Source: a virus (taxonomy: Duplodnaviria > Caudoviricetes). From it: DNA of 64,000 bases. The notes beneath the pieces are model-generated. The model was not told the DNA's origin. It saw only the letters and a program-made list of their open reading frames with translations, and made no database searches. Shown here in pieces: positions 35,169 through 45,311 of the stretch. The position numbers were made by a program, and so were the translations under genes. Position 1 is the stretch's first letter. Each line of letters opens with the position of its first letter. The stretch lies in the IMG/VR virus record IMGVR_UViG_2639763197_000004, positions 27,530 through 91,529 of that record; one strand, given 5' to 3'.

Positions 35169-36465
35169 CCCACCAGTGAAACTGACGACCAAGCAGGCGA
35201 ACATTTACTGCTGGGGCTTCCAGCCTGAGGCCCGCTTCCGCGATGCGGTGTGTGGCCGCCGGTTCGGCAAGACGTTCCTGGGCAAGGCCGAAATGCGCCG
35301 TGCTGCCCGCCTGGCTGCTGAGTGGGGCGTGAGTGTTGAGGACGAGATCTGGTATGGCGCGCCGACGTTCAAACAGGCCAAGCGCGTGTTCTGGCGGCGA
35401 CTGAAGCAGGCTATCCCCGAAGCATGGCGTGCACACCGCCCGAACGAGACGGAATGCTCGATCACCCTTAAGTCCGGCCACGTCATGCGCGTGGTGGGGC
35501 TCGACAACTACGACAACCTGCGCGGCTCCGGCCTGTTCTTCGTCCTGGTGGATGAATGGGCCGACTGCCCGTGGGCGGCGTGGGAAGAAGTTCTGCGGCC
35601 GATGCTATCGACTTGTCAGTACCAGATTCCTGACGTTGGTATGCGAAAGGGAGGCCATGCACTTCGCATTGGCACTCCGAAGGGCTTCAACCACTGCTAC
35701 GACACTTATCTGGACGGTAAACCAGGTGGCGAGCCGGACCACAAGAGCTGGCAGTACACCTCGTTACAAGGCGGCAACGTTCCTCCTGAAGAGCTTGAGG
35801 CGGCACGCCGGAAGATGGACCCGCGCACCTTCCGGCAAGAGTACGAAGCCGGCTTTGAGAACTACGCGGGCGTCGTCTACTACACGTTCAATCGCGACGA
35901 GTGCCGAACCAGCGAGCGAATCAAGCCGGGCGAGGCGTTGCACATCGGCATGGACTTCAACGTCATGAAGATGGCGGCCGTTGTCTATGTCGTGCGTAAC
36001 GATTTGCCGATGGCCCTGGATGAGTTTCACGGTGTTCGGGACACACCGGAGATGATCGAGAAGATCCAGGCACGATTCCCTGGGCACTCGGTGGCGGTCT
36101 ATCCCGACGCCAGCGGGCAGAACACCAGCAGCAATAACGCGAGCGAGTCCGACTTGTCTCTGCTGAAAAAAGCAAAATTCACGGTGATCGTCGACTCCAC
36201 AAACCCTGGTGTGAAAGACCGCGTGAACTCGGTAAACGCCATGTTCCTGAACGCCTACGGCGAGCGACGACTGAAGGTCAATATCGACCAGTGCCCTCAG
36301 CTCACCTTGTGCCTGGAGCGACAGACCTACACCGACAAGGGCGAGCCGGACAAAGACCCGAAGAAGGGTCATGACCACATGAACGACGCCGCCGGCTACT
36401 TCATCGCCAAGCGCTATCCGATCAAAGCGATCGTCACTTCTATCAAAATGGGATACGCCCGATGA
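35143..36465 (+). CDS. Terminase large subunit
   Basis: CGRRFGKT, VLVDE, IGTP, IGMDFN, DHMNDA. Confidence 0.95.
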   Translation: MSPLPRTFDPPVKLTTKQANIYCWGFQPEARFRDAVCGRRFGKTFLGKAEMRRAARLAAEWGVSVEDEIWYGAPTFKQAKRVFWRRLKQAIPEAWRAHRPNETECSITLKSGHVMRVVGLDNYDNLRGSGLFFVLVDEWADCPWAAWEEVLRPMLSTCQYQIPDVGMRKGGHALRIGTPKGFNHCYDTYLDGKPGGEPDHKSWQYTSLQGGNVPPEELEAARRKMDPRTFRQEYEAGFENYAGVVYYTFNRDECRTSERIKPGEALHIGMDFNVMKMAAVVYVVRNDLPMALDEFHGVRDTPEMIEKIQARFPGHSVAVYPDASGQNTSSNNASESDLSLLKKAKFTVIVDSTNPGVKDRVNSVNAMFLNAYGERRLKVNIDQCPQLTLCLERQTYTDKGEPDKDPKKGHDHMNDAAGYFIAKRYPIKAIVTSIKMGYAR

Positions 36466-37880
36466 GCAACGACGTCTCCTTCAAGCGGGCGGAATACATA
36501 GCTGTGCTGGATCGCTGGGCAACCGTTCGCGACGTCTGTGCCGGCCAGCACCGGGTTGTCGACCGACTGCCGTACATCAACTCACACGACAAGTCGCCTG
36601 AGAACCTAGACCGGAACAAGGCCTATCGCGAACGTGCGGTATTCAAGAACGCCACTGGGCACACCCGTAACGGGCTGCTCGGCCTGGCGTTCCACAAAGA
36701 CCCAACGTTGACGGTGTCGAAGAAGCTGGAATACCTGCAGGACAACGCCAACGGTTCGGGCGTGAGCATCTACCAGCACTCGCAGGGCACGCTAGAGAAG
36801 GTGCTTGAGGCCGGTCGGCATGGCCTGTACGTCGACTATCACCAGGACGACGGTATCGGCGGCCACTCGGTGATCCTTTCCTACTGCGCCGAGGACATCA
36901 TCAACTGGCGCACGGGAATGGTTAACGGCCATAGTGTGTTGACCCTAGTGGTGCTGCGCGAGTCGCCAGAGATACCTGAAGGCTTTGGTTTCAAGACGGT
37001 TGAGCAGTACCGGGAGCTGGCGCTGGAAGACGACGGTTTCGTTTGCCGCGTTTGGCGCCGGTCTGGGCCTAAAGGTGGCGGGCCACTGGCAGTCATCGAC
37101 GAGTTCAAGCCCGAAGGTGTAACCGGTCGCCTCAAGGAGATCCCGTTCACCTTCGTCGGTGCACAGAACAACGATCCAAGCATCGACGAGTCGCCGCTCT
37201 ACGACATCGCCATGATCAACCTGGGCCATTACCGGAACAGTGCCGATTACGAAGACAGCGTTTTCTGGTGTGGGCAGGCACAGCCTTGGATCAGTGGTTT
37301 GGATGAGCAGTGGGTAAAGCTGCTCGAGGCAAAGGGTGTCTACGTCGGATCGCGCGCGCCGATGCTTCTGCCTGCTGGTAGTGCATTTGGCTATGCACAG
37401 CCCGCTCCGAACACTCTGGTCAAGGAGGCCATGGGCGACAAGAACCAGATGATGATCGAGCTGGGCGCCCGGATGGTGGTTGCGTCACTTGCTACCAAGA
37501 CCGCTACGGAGTCCCGCGGCGATCAGTCAGCCTCGACATCGGTGCTGGCCGGGTGCGTGGCGAACGTCAGCGAGGCCTACACCCGGGCAATCATGTGGTG
37601 CTGCGCTTACATGGGCATCACCGACAAGAAGGTCGCCTACCAGGTCAATCAAGAGTTCGTCGAGCTGACGGCCGATCCGCAGATGATCACGGCCTTGGTG
37701 GGCTTGTGGCAGAACGGTGGCTTCGCGAAAGCGGATCTTCGAGCCTACCTACGCAAGCTTGGACTGATCGCACCAGAGCGCACCGACCAACAGATCGACG
37801 GCGAGCTGGAAGAGCAGGGCGACGGCCTGGGCCTGGACGACGAGGACAAAGTAGATGGCGGTGAACCAAGCGATACTTGA
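36462..37880 (+). CDS. Portal protein (DUF4055)
   Basis: Follows terL; HYRNSADYE motif; 472 aa. Confidence 0.88.
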   Translation: MSNDVSFKRAEYIAVLDRWATVRDVCAGQHRVVDRLPYINSHDKSPENLDRNKAYRERAVFKNATGHTRNGLLGLAFHKDPTLTVSKKLEYLQDNANGSGVSIYQHSQGTLEKVLEAGRHGLYVDYHQDDGIGGHSVILSYCAEDIINWRTGMVNGHSVLTLVVLRESPEIPEGFGFKTVEQYRELALEDDGFVCRVWRRSGPKGGGPLAVIDEFKPEGVTGRLKEIPFTFVGAQNNDPSIDESPLYDIAMINLGHYRNSADYEDSVFWCGQAQPWISGLDEQWVKLLEAKGVYVGSRAPMLLPAGSAFGYAQPAPNTLVKEAMGDKNQMMIELGARMVVASLATKTATESRGDQSASTSVLAGCVANVSEAYTRAIMWCCAYMGITDKKVAYQVNQEFVELTADPQMITALVGLWQNGGFAKADLRAYLRKLGLIAPERTDQQIDGELEEQGDGLGLDDEDKVDGGEPSDT

Positions 37881-38940
37881 TGCAACCATCCGGCACGCAG
37901 TGTTCCTCGAAAAGCTCAAGGCGGGGGAGGTGGGCAAGTTTGCTCCCTTCCTCAAGGAGATTGACCGGTCTATCCGTGAGCGGCTGACCCAGTCGGACCT
38001 GACGGAATACAACACGAAGCGTCTGGAAGCGTTGCTGAAAGAGGTCGACAGCCTGTTACTGGGCATTTTCGACCGCTACAGCGCGCAACTGAACCTAGAC
38101 CTGGTGGATATTGCCAACTACGAGGCTGAGTTTGAGGCGACAAGTCTCGTCAGGTCGGCGCCGGTTGGCGTGTCGCTGGATGTGGTCGCCCCGACGGCTG
38201 CTGCAATCCGTACCGCAGTGTTGACGAACCCGCTCAGCGTGCGTGGTACCGGTGGCGGGAAGCTGCTAAAGGCCTTCATCAAGGGGTGGACTGGCGCAGA
38301 GCGTGAGCGTGTAACCGGCACGATCCGGCAAGGCTTCTTCGAGGGGCAAACCAACTTCCAGATCATTCGCAACATTCGCGGTACCAAGGCGGCGGGGTAC
38401 AAAGACGGGATTCTCGCGACTACCAACCGCAATGCCAGCACGGTTGTGCACACCGCCATTCAGCATGTGTCATCCCAGGCACGGATGGAGGTCGCCAAGG
38501 CCAACACGGATATCGTCGAAGAAATCCAGATGGTGGCCACGCTGGACAGCAAGACCAGCCAGCAATGCCGCTCACTGGATGGCCGCAGGTTTCCGGTCGA
38601 GTCTGGCCCAAGGCCGCCGTTTCACCCGAATTGCCGAACCACGTGGATCATGCTGATCAGGCTCAGCGAGCTTTTCGCCAAGGATGCCACGCGGGCTTCA
38701 GTAGGCGCTGACGGTGGTAGGCAGGTTAACGCCAGTCTCGACTACTACCACTGGCTACAGCAGCAACCAGCAGCGTTTCAGGATGCCGCAATCGGGCCTG
38801 TAAGAGCCAAGCTGTTCCGCGAGGGAGGTCTGACCATCGAGCGTTTCACTGAACTACAGCTTGATCGCAACTTTGCGCCGTTAACGCTCGCCCAGATGAA
38901 GGTTTTGGAGCCTCTGGCATTCGAGCAGGCCGGAATTTAA
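37855..38940 (+). CDS. Head morphogenesis protein (Mu gpF/SPP1 gp7)
   Basis: ATLDSKTSQQC...PPFHPNCR. Confidence 0.9.
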   Translation: MAVNQAILDATIRHAVFLEKLKAGEVGKFAPFLKEIDRSIRERLTQSDLTEYNTKRLEALLKEVDSLLLGIFDRYSAQLNLDLVDIANYEAEFEATSLVRSAPVGVSLDVVAPTAAAIRTAVLTNPLSVRGTGGGKLLKAFIKGWTGAERERVTGTIRQGFFEGQTNFQIIRNIRGTKAAGYKDGILATTNRNASTVVHTAIQHVSSQARMEVAKANTDIVEEIQMVATLDSKTSQQCRSLDGRRFPVESGPRPPFHPNCRTTWIMLIRLSELFAKDATRASVGADGGRQVNASLDYYHWLQQQPAAFQDAAIGPVRAKLFREGGLTIERFTELQLDRNFAPLTLAQMKVLEPLAFEQAGI

Positions 38941-38957
38941 CCGAACATATTCAATCA

Positions 38958-38978
38958 GCCGCCTCCGGGCGGTTTTTT
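38958..38978 (+). terminator. Intrinsic terminator
   Basis: GCCGCCTCCGGGCGGTTTTTT. Confidence 0.7.
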
Positions 38979-39022
38979 ATTGCTTGCAAAGCGGGCGAAA
39001 CATACCCAAGGGGTGCATCAAC

Positions 39023-39751
39023 GTGGCAGAAGAAAACGAAATCGACCTGGAAAATCCGGCAATCAAGGCCGCTATCGCGACTGCCGTTGAAGCATCAGTT
39101 TCTGGTCTGAAAACTAAAAACTCGGAACTGCTGGGCAAGCTGAAGGAAACCTCCGGCAAGCTGACCCAGTTTGAAACCCAGTTTGAAGGCATCGACATCG
39201 ACGCCGTCAAAGGCCTGCTCAGTCGCGCCGGGCAGGACGAAGAAACCAAGTTGCTGACTGAGGGCAAGGTGGACGAGGTGTTTAATAAGCGCACCGAGCG
39301 CCTGCGTGGCGAGCACGACAAGCAGTTGAAGACGCTCGCGGGCCGCGCCGAGAAGGCCGAAGCGTTCGCCGCCAAGTTCCAGGGCAAAGTCCTGGGCGAC
39401 TCGGTGCGCGGTGCGGCACTGAAAGCCGGCGCGCTGCCAGAAGCAACCGACGACATCATCCTGCGCGCCAAAGGCGTGTTCTCTCTGAACGAAGAGGGCG
39501 AAGCGGTCGCTGTTGACGAGAATGGCCAGATCATCCTCGGCAAAGACGGCAAGACCCCTCTTACTCCGCTTGAATGGGCGGAATCACTGCGCGAAAGCGC
39601 ACCTCACTTGTGGCCCAGGGCTACAGGAACAAATGCCCTGGAGCGGGTGCATGGTCAGGCCACGCCGAAACGCTCCGAAATGACCTCCGAGCAGAAGCGC
39701 GATTTCCAGCGCAAGCACGGCCAAACCGCATATCTCGCATTGCCCAAGTAA
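39023..39751 (+). CDS. Capsid scaffold protein
   Basis: Coiled-coil, GLKTKNSELL; precedes the MCP. Confidence 0.8.
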   Translation: MAEENEIDLENPAIKAAIATAVEASVSGLKTKNSELLGKLKETSGKLTQFETQFEGIDIDAVKGLLSRAGQDEETKLLTEGKVDEVFNKRTERLRGEHDKQLKTLAGRAEKAEAFAAKFQGKVLGDSVRGAALKAGALPEATDDIILRAKGVFSLNEEGEAVAVDENGQIILGKDGKTPLTPLEWAESLRESAPHLWPRATGTNALERVHGQATPKRSEMTSEQKRDFQRKHGQTAYLALPK

Positions 39752-39763
39752 GGGGATTGACCC

Positions 39764-40726
39764 ATGGCTACAACTGTTAACAGCGACCTGATCATCTACA
39801 ACGATGAGGCGCAAACCGCATATCTGGAACGCATTCAGGACAACCTGGACGTGTTCAACGCATCGTCCAACGGCGCGATCGTTCTCGACAACGAGCTGAT
39901 CCAGGGCGACTTCCGCAAGCGTGCCTTTTACAAACTCGGCGGCGGTCTGGAACACCGCGATGTCAACTCCGACGGCAAGGTCACCGCTAAGAAAATCGGC
40001 GCTGGCGAGGCTGTAGGCGTCAAGGCACCATGGAAATACGGCCCGTACCAGACCACCGAAGAGGCGTTTAAGCGCCGCGGCCGGGCAGTGGAAGAGTTCT
40101 CCCAAATCATCGGCGCCGATGTTGCCGATGCCACCATCGAAGGCTTCATCGAATACGCCACCGGCGCACTCAAGGCCGCCATCGGCTCGAACGCCGCCAT
40201 GGTGGTGTCGGCCAACATCGAAACCGACGGCAAGAAAACCCTGACCCGTGGCATGCGCAAATTCGGTGACAAATTCGGCCGGATCGCGCTGTGGGTCATG
40301 CACTCGTCTGCCTACTTCGACATCGTTGATGAAGCGATTGCGAGCAAGGTCTACGAAGAAGCCGGCGTCGTGATCTACGGCGGCCTGCCTGGCACCCTGG
40401 GCAAGCCTGTGCTGGTGACCGACAAGGCGCCAGTGGATGCCATCTTCGGCTTGCTGCCGAACGCCGTGGTCATCACCGAGTCCCAGGCCCCCGGCTTCCG
40501 CTCGTACGACGTCAACGACGAGGAAAACCTGGCTATCGGCTACCGCGCCGAAGGTACCGTCAACATCGACGTGCTGGGCTACAGCTGGAAGGAGTCCACC
40601 GGCGGCACCAACCCAACACTGGCGGCCGTTGGCTCTGCTGCGAACTGGGTTAAGCACTCCGACAGCAACAAGGTCACCGCCGGCGTGATGATCAATCTCA
40701 CCACCACGCCACCAGTTGGCGGCTGA
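39764..40726 (+). CDS. Major capsid protein
   Basis: 320 aa, highly biased codons, position after the scaffold. Confidence 0.88.
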   Translation: MATTVNSDLIIYNDEAQTAYLERIQDNLDVFNASSNGAIVLDNELIQGDFRKRAFYKLGGGLEHRDVNSDGKVTAKKIGAGEAVGVKAPWKYGPYQTTEEAFKRRGRAVEEFSQIIGADVADATIEGFIEYATGALKAAIGSNAAMVVSANIETDGKKTLTRGMRKFGDKFGRIALWVMHSSAYFDIVDEAIASKVYEEAGVVIYGGLPGTLGKPVLVTDKAPVDAIFGLLPNAVVITESQAPGFRSYDVNDEENLAIGYRAEGTVNIDVLGYSWKESTGGTNPTLAAVGSAANWVKHSDSNKVTAGVMINLTTTPPVGG

Positions 40727-40772
40727 TATCCACCCCAGGAAGCGGCCAGCGATGGCCGCCACGGAGATTACG

Positions 40773-41363
40773 ATGGAACTCGTTTACACGAACCAGCTTG
40801 ATGGCTTTGAGCCGGGCAAGCGCTACCGCGTCCCGGGCCTATTCCGCAGCGTCGAGCGAGATGTAACATCGGTGACCGTAGTAGGTGACTATCCGGGGAT
40901 CGTCGCTGCATACGAAGATGCCGGTGTTGATGTTGAGGTTGTTGAGTTGCCGGTGCCTGTTGTTTTCGGCACGCAGACGTCGGTCTCTGGTGAGCTGTCT
41001 CAGCTGCTTGCCGATCTGCAAGCCGAGAGTGGCGCCATGGTTCTGCTGGTTGAAGGCATGGAGGGTGGCGAAATCCACCGTCCAGAGTCTGGCGACTTGG
41101 CATTGCGCTTGTTCGAAGTGCTGGGCACCATCCATGCATCAGTTGGTGAGCTGACAGCCGAGCGTGACGGCTTGCTTCTTACTGTCGACGAGCTGCGCGA
41201 TGAGGTTGAAGCTCTGAAGAGAGCCGCCATCACGCCGACGGCTGGTGAGGTCGATGAGATCGCCGCGCTGAAAGCAAAGCTCGATGAGGCCAAGGTTCCG
41301 TACCGGGCCAACGCTTCGAAGGAATCCCTGGAGAAGCTCGTTGCTGAGCTGACCAAGGAGTAA
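40773..41363 (+). CDS. Head-associated protein with C-terminal HeH/LEM-like motif
   Basis: LKAKLDEAKVPYRANASKESL. Confidence 0.65.
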   Translation: MELVYTNQLDGFEPGKRYRVPGLFRSVERDVTSVTVVGDYPGIVAAYEDAGVDVEVVELPVPVVFGTQTSVSGELSQLLADLQAESGAMVLLVEGMEGGEIHRPESGDLALRLFEVLGTIHASVGELTAERDGLLLTVDELRDEVEALKRAAITPTAGEVDEIAALKAKLDEAKVPYRANASKESLEKLVAELTKE

Positions 41364-41422
41364 TACTGCTGGCTGTCGGCGATCCGGCGGCCAATCTTCA
41401 AACCATTCCAGCGAGTTGACGC

Positions 41423-41926
41423 ATGACACTCATCATCGAGGACGGCACCGGCAAGCCTGATGCCGAAAGTTACGCGAGCGCGGAGGATCTGGCCCTGTAT
41501 GCCGTGAAATTCGGCACGGTCATCCCTGGGGGCGTACCAGAGCAGGAAGCGTTGCTGCGCCGGGCCGCTCTGGCGATGGATGGCATGATCTGGAAGGGGC
41601 GCAAGACCAGCAGCGAGCAGGCGTTGTCCTGGCCGCGCCGGGAAGTGCTGCTGGATCACGAGATCAAGCCGAACAACTACCTGCCGGCGCGGATCCAGTA
41701 TGGCCAGATGGCCCTGGCCGCCGAAATCCATCAGGACGACATTGACCCGGTGGAGAAGCGCAAGGGGGCGGTTCTGCTTGATCGTGTTGAAGGTGCGGTG
41801 ACCCGGCAGTACGCGGCGATTCCAAACACCAGCAACCGGCTACTGCCAGCGGCACCGGATCGGCCAAGTGCTACGCAGTTTGCGGATTACCTACAAAAGC
41901 GCGGGCTGTTCGCCGTCCGCGCATAG
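41423..41926 (+). CDS. Head-tail adaptor (DnaT-like family)
   Basis: LIIEDGTGKPDAESY...QALSWPR. Confidence 0.8.
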   Translation: MTLIIEDGTGKPDAESYASAEDLALYAVKFGTVIPGGVPEQEALLRRAALAMDGMIWKGRKTSSEQALSWPRREVLLDHEIKPNNYLPARIQYGQMALAAEIHQDDIDPVEKRKGAVLLDRVEGAVTRQYAAIPNTSNRLLPAAPDRPSATQFADYLQKRGLFAVRA

Positions 41927-41943
41927 CCACAACGGAGACCACC

Positions 41944-42315
41944 ATGGCCACCTTCTACGACGAAATGGCCGTGATGGCTCTGGAGATGATCACAGAGTTC
42001 GGCCAGCCCGTGACCATTCGCAAAACTGAAGTAGGCGAGTGGGACCCTGAGCTGGGCGGTGAAGTACCAGGAGCAACCGTCGAGCAGATCGCCCAGGGCA
42101 TCCTGCTCGACTTCACCGGCCAAGAATTCCAAAACAACAGCCTCATCAGGCAGGGCGACAAGAAGCTCAAGATCGCCGCGCAGGGCTTGTCCTGGGTGCC
42201 GGGCTTGCTCGACAAGGTGGTCGCTCAGGGCCGCACTTGGGCTATCGTCCCTCCGCTGAAAGAGGTCAACCCTGCTGGCACTCAGATCCTGTATGAGTTG
42301 CAGGTGCGGTCGTAA
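41944..42315 (+). CDS. Head closure protein
   Basis: Neck position; LYELQVR C-terminus. Confidence 0.75.
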   Translation: MATFYDEMAVMALEMITEFGQPVTIRKTEVGEWDPELGGEVPGATVEQIAQGILLDFTGQEFQNNSLIRQGDKKLKIAAQGLSWVPGLLDKVVAQGRTWAIVPPLKEVNPAGTQILYELQVRS

Positions 42316-42420
42316 TCCGGGATTTGAAGCTGACATCATTATTGTGGGTGTTGATGAGTGGACAAAAAATCGTGGCCGTAATAGCGTTGTGCCTTAACTT
42401 TCTTGCTGTGAGAAACGTAT

Positions 42421-42732
42421 ATGGATATGCGCCGCATTATTACACTGGTTGGCATTGCAGCTTTCTTATCTACTACAGCCTATGCGGACACTGATGTAAA
42501 AAAAGAGATCATTGATCGATGCAAGGTTCAGATGGGGAGTTACGGATCAGCAATGGTGAAGGCTTGCGTTGATCAGGATCTAAGTGCAGTAGCTGAAATC
42601 AAGCAAATTCCAGACGAGCACAAAAAAACTGTGGCTCGCTGTATGAAGCAGATGCGCCAGTACGGATTCGCTATGGTCAAAGCCTGCGCTGATCAGGATA
42701 TTGAGGCGGACAAGGCGCTCGAGGAGTATTGA
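42421..42732 (+). CDS. Moron: secreted Cys-containing protein with internal repeat
   Basis: Signal peptide, lower GC, duplicated RC..QM..YG.AMVKAC.DQD, own terminator at 42795-42820. Confidence 0.8.
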   Translation: MDMRRIITLVGIAAFLSTTAYADTDVKKEIIDRCKVQMGSYGSAMVKACVDQDLSAVAEIKQIPDEHKKTVARCMKQMRQYGFAMVKACADQDIEADKALEEY

Positions 42733-42845
42733 GCCTTCGCGGCGTAACTGCCTGATCGGCGGTCATACGCTCAAACCAATTAATTGTCGTAACTAAACCC
42801 GCCATTGAGCGGGTTTTTTTATGCTCGGCTGGAGAGGAGTCGGTT

Positions 42846-43442
42846 GTGTCTACCAAATACGCAAACCAATCCGGCAGCTTCGCTCTGAGCCTGGCCGCGT
42901 TCGCCGCCCAGGCTACCGAAGCACTCGATGCAAGCCTGCGCGAGATCATCATCGAAGTCGGTAGCAGTCTGATCCGCATGTCTCCCGTGGGTAACCCGGA
43001 GATTTGGGCGCAGAACGCTGTGGCGACCCAGTACAACAAGGCCGTCGACGACCACAACAGCGCGCTGCGGAGCGATCCGGACAACCTCACAAAGGCGGGC
43101 AGGCTAAGGCCAGGGCGCAAGGTGCACGACGGCATGGACATCGTCGCACCAGCAGGCTACGTCGGCGGCAGGTTTCGCGGTAACTGGATGTTCAGTATCG
43201 GTACACCGAACAACGCCACGACCGAAGAGGTCGACCCTAAGGGCGCCAAGTCAACGGCGCGTATCACTGCCGGCGCAATCGAATTCAAGGCAGGCGACAC
43301 CTGCTACATCACCAACAGTCTCGGTTATGCCATCCCGCTGGAGTTCGGCCATTCGACCCAGGCGCCCGGCGGCATGGTCCGGGTAACCGTGGCTCGCTTC
43401 CAGCAGATCGTGCTGGAGGCCATCAGGAACAATCAGGTATGA
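42846..43442 (+). CDS. HK97 gp10-like neck protein
   Basis: SPVG...GGRFRGNW...LEFGHSTQAPGGMVR. Confidence 0.85.
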   Translation: MSTKYANQSGSFALSLAAFAAQATEALDASLREIIIEVGSSLIRMSPVGNPEIWAQNAVATQYNKAVDDHNSALRSDPDNLTKAGRLRPGRKVHDGMDIVAPAGYVGGRFRGNWMFSIGTPNNATTEEVDPKGAKSTARITAGAIEFKAGDTCYITNSLGYAIPLEFGHSTQAPGGMVRVTVARFQQIVLEAIRNNQV

Positions 43443-43858
43443 CTCACGCAATCATTGCTTCGATCTACGAGGCCAAGCTCATCGCCTGGAACGCTGCCAG
43501 GTCGGAGAAGTTGAAGATCATCTTCGAGAACACGGCCTACACGCCGGCGGCGGGCGAGACATACCTGCGAGCGGTCACGATCCCCGGCGACACCGCGAGC
43601 AATACGCTTGGGGGTGACCATCGGCTGTTCACTGGCGTGTTCCAAGTGAGCATCATCGCGCCGGCTGGCACGGGCAAGACCAAGACGAACCCGATAGCAG
43701 CCGAACTGACCGACCTCTTCCCGCTATATGTGCGCGACACGAAGAACGGCTTCGTCGTCACGCCCATGACGCCGGTAGATCAGGGGCCAGGTATCACCGG
43801 CGACTCCACCTACACCGTACCGCTGTCGTTCTCGTACCGGTCCGACACCACACCATAA
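43439..43858 (+). CDS. Tail terminator (DUF4128-like)
   Basis: Position; GVFQVSII.PAGTG. Confidence 0.8.
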   Translation: MTHAIIASIYEAKLIAWNAARSEKLKIIFENTAYTPAAGETYLRAVTIPGDTASNTLGGDHRLFTGVFQVSIIAPAGTGKTKTNPIAAELTDLFPLYVRDTKNGFVVTPMTPVDQGPGITGDSTYTVPLSFSYRSDTTP

Positions 43859-43926
43859 CCCGCCCGTTGGGCAAATCCTGAACCCGCCAAGTGCGGGTTT
43901 TGTCATTTCTGCAAAGAGGAAAACCC

Positions 43927-44598
43927 ATGTCGATCTACTTCCCCAACGGGGCAACACTGGCGATCTCAACCGGCTTTGCTGCCGCCAAGTTGATCTCCGC
44001 CATCAGCAACGCAAGTCCGGGCGTGGCCACGGCCCTGGCCAACGGTTTCGCCAATGGAGACATCCTGCTGGTCACTTCTGGTTGGGAGGACATCAACGAG
44101 CGAGCCGTGCGCGTTTCCAACGCTGCGGCCGGCGCCTTCACGCTGGAAGGCATCGATACCTCGAACGTTGCGTTCTTCCCGGAGGGCATCAGCGCGGGCA
44201 CCGCCAAAAAGGTCACCGGCTGGGTTGCGGTGAACCAAGTGATCGGTAACTCGATGTCTGGCGGTGAGCAGCAATACTGGACGTATGCACCGCTGGAGGC
44301 TCGCCGCGACAAGCAGATCCCGACCACCAAGAATGCCCAGGCGTTTGCGTTCCAGCTCGCCGACGATGACAGCCTGGCCTGGTACGACGAACTGGACAAG
44401 GCTGATCGTGAGAAGGAAGTGCGGATTCTGCGCATGTCTCTGCCGAACGGCAAAACGATCTACTACGCTGGTTACCCGTCGTTCAACAAAACGCCAACGC
44501 TGGTGCGCAACGAGGGTGCGGCTGTGACGTTCGGCTTCACCATCAACGCAGAGATTACGGCGTACCGCGCGCCGGTGGCTGCTGGCGGGGTTAGCTGA
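43927..44598 (+). CDS. Major tail tube protein
   Basis: Position; FPNGA...SGGEQQY. Confidence 0.85.
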   Translation: MSIYFPNGATLAISTGFAAAKLISAISNASPGVATALANGFANGDILLVTSGWEDINERAVRVSNAAAGAFTLEGIDTSNVAFFPEGISAGTAKKVTGWVAVNQVIGNSMSGGEQQYWTYAPLEARRDKQIPTTKNAQAFAFQLADDDSLAWYDELDKADREKEVRILRMSLPNGKTIYYAGYPSFNKTPTLVRNEGAAVTFGFTINAEITAYRAPVAAGGVS

Positions 44599-44600
44599 TC

Positions 44601-44990
44601 ATGGCGAAGTTCAAGATCGCGCAAGGCGCTACCTTTAAGGCTGATGTGGAGATTCCGCGCGTTGGCGGTGCATTCATCAAGGTGCCGTTTGAGTTCAAGT
44701 ATCGGAACCGCAATGAGCTGGCGGCCTTGTTTGCGGGGTGGCAGCAGCGGGCGAAGGACGATCAGGAGGCTTTCAAGGCCAAAGCTGACGATCTGACTCT
44801 GGTGGATATCACTGATGCGGATATTGAACGCCAGGTAGATCAGGTCCAGGCATTGGTTGAAGGCTGGGGGTTTGAAGACAAGCTGAACCTTGAGTCGATC
44901 CGTGCGCTGGTGGAAACATCTGCCGGCGCCGGTGAGGCTATTGTCGCGGCCTATCAAACGGCTTACGCACCGGCCCGCACGGGAAACTGA
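44601..44990 (+). CDS. Tail assembly chaperone (gpG-like)
   Basis: Ends ...ARTGN at the slippery GGGAAAC. Confidence 0.85.
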   Translation: MAKFKIAQGATFKADVEIPRVGGAFIKVPFEFKYRNRNELAALFAGWQQRAKDDQEAFKAKADDLTLVDITDADIERQVDQVQALVEGWGFEDKLNLESIRALVETSAGAGEAIVAAYQTAYAPARTGN

Positions 44991-45301
44991 TTCGCGTCGC
45001 ACGCGCCCTGTATGAGCCACCTCCGAGTGCCGAGCAGTTGGCGGCATTTGGTCTTGACGCCTCGGACATGGAAGAGGCGTTCGAGGTGTGGCCGTGTGTT
45101 TGGCCTTCATTCCGCCTATTCGACGGCCTCTCTACTCAGTGGCGCACCGGTGCGTGCGGCGCGACCGGCATTGATTACACCGCAATCACCAGCGTTGCCG
45201 AGCTCATCGGCATGAAGAAAAAACAACTCAGAGAGATCTTCCCCGACCTTCAAGTAATGGAGGCCGAGGCGTTGCTCGTTATGTCTGAGCAATCGAAATA
45301 A
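44981..45301 (+). CDS. Tail assembly chaperone gpT-like (DUF1799), reached by -1 frameshift
   Basis: G GGA AAC at 44981-44987; -1 frame is open from there (KLIRVARALYE...TQWR.G..G.TGIDY). Confidence 0.8.
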   Translation, partial: GKLIRVARALYEPPPSAEQLAAFGLDASDMEEAFEVWPCVWPSFRLFDGLSTQWRTGACGATGIDYTAITSVAELIGMKKKQLREIFPDLQVMEAEALLVMSEQSK

Positions 45302-45311
45302 TGGAGCACTC

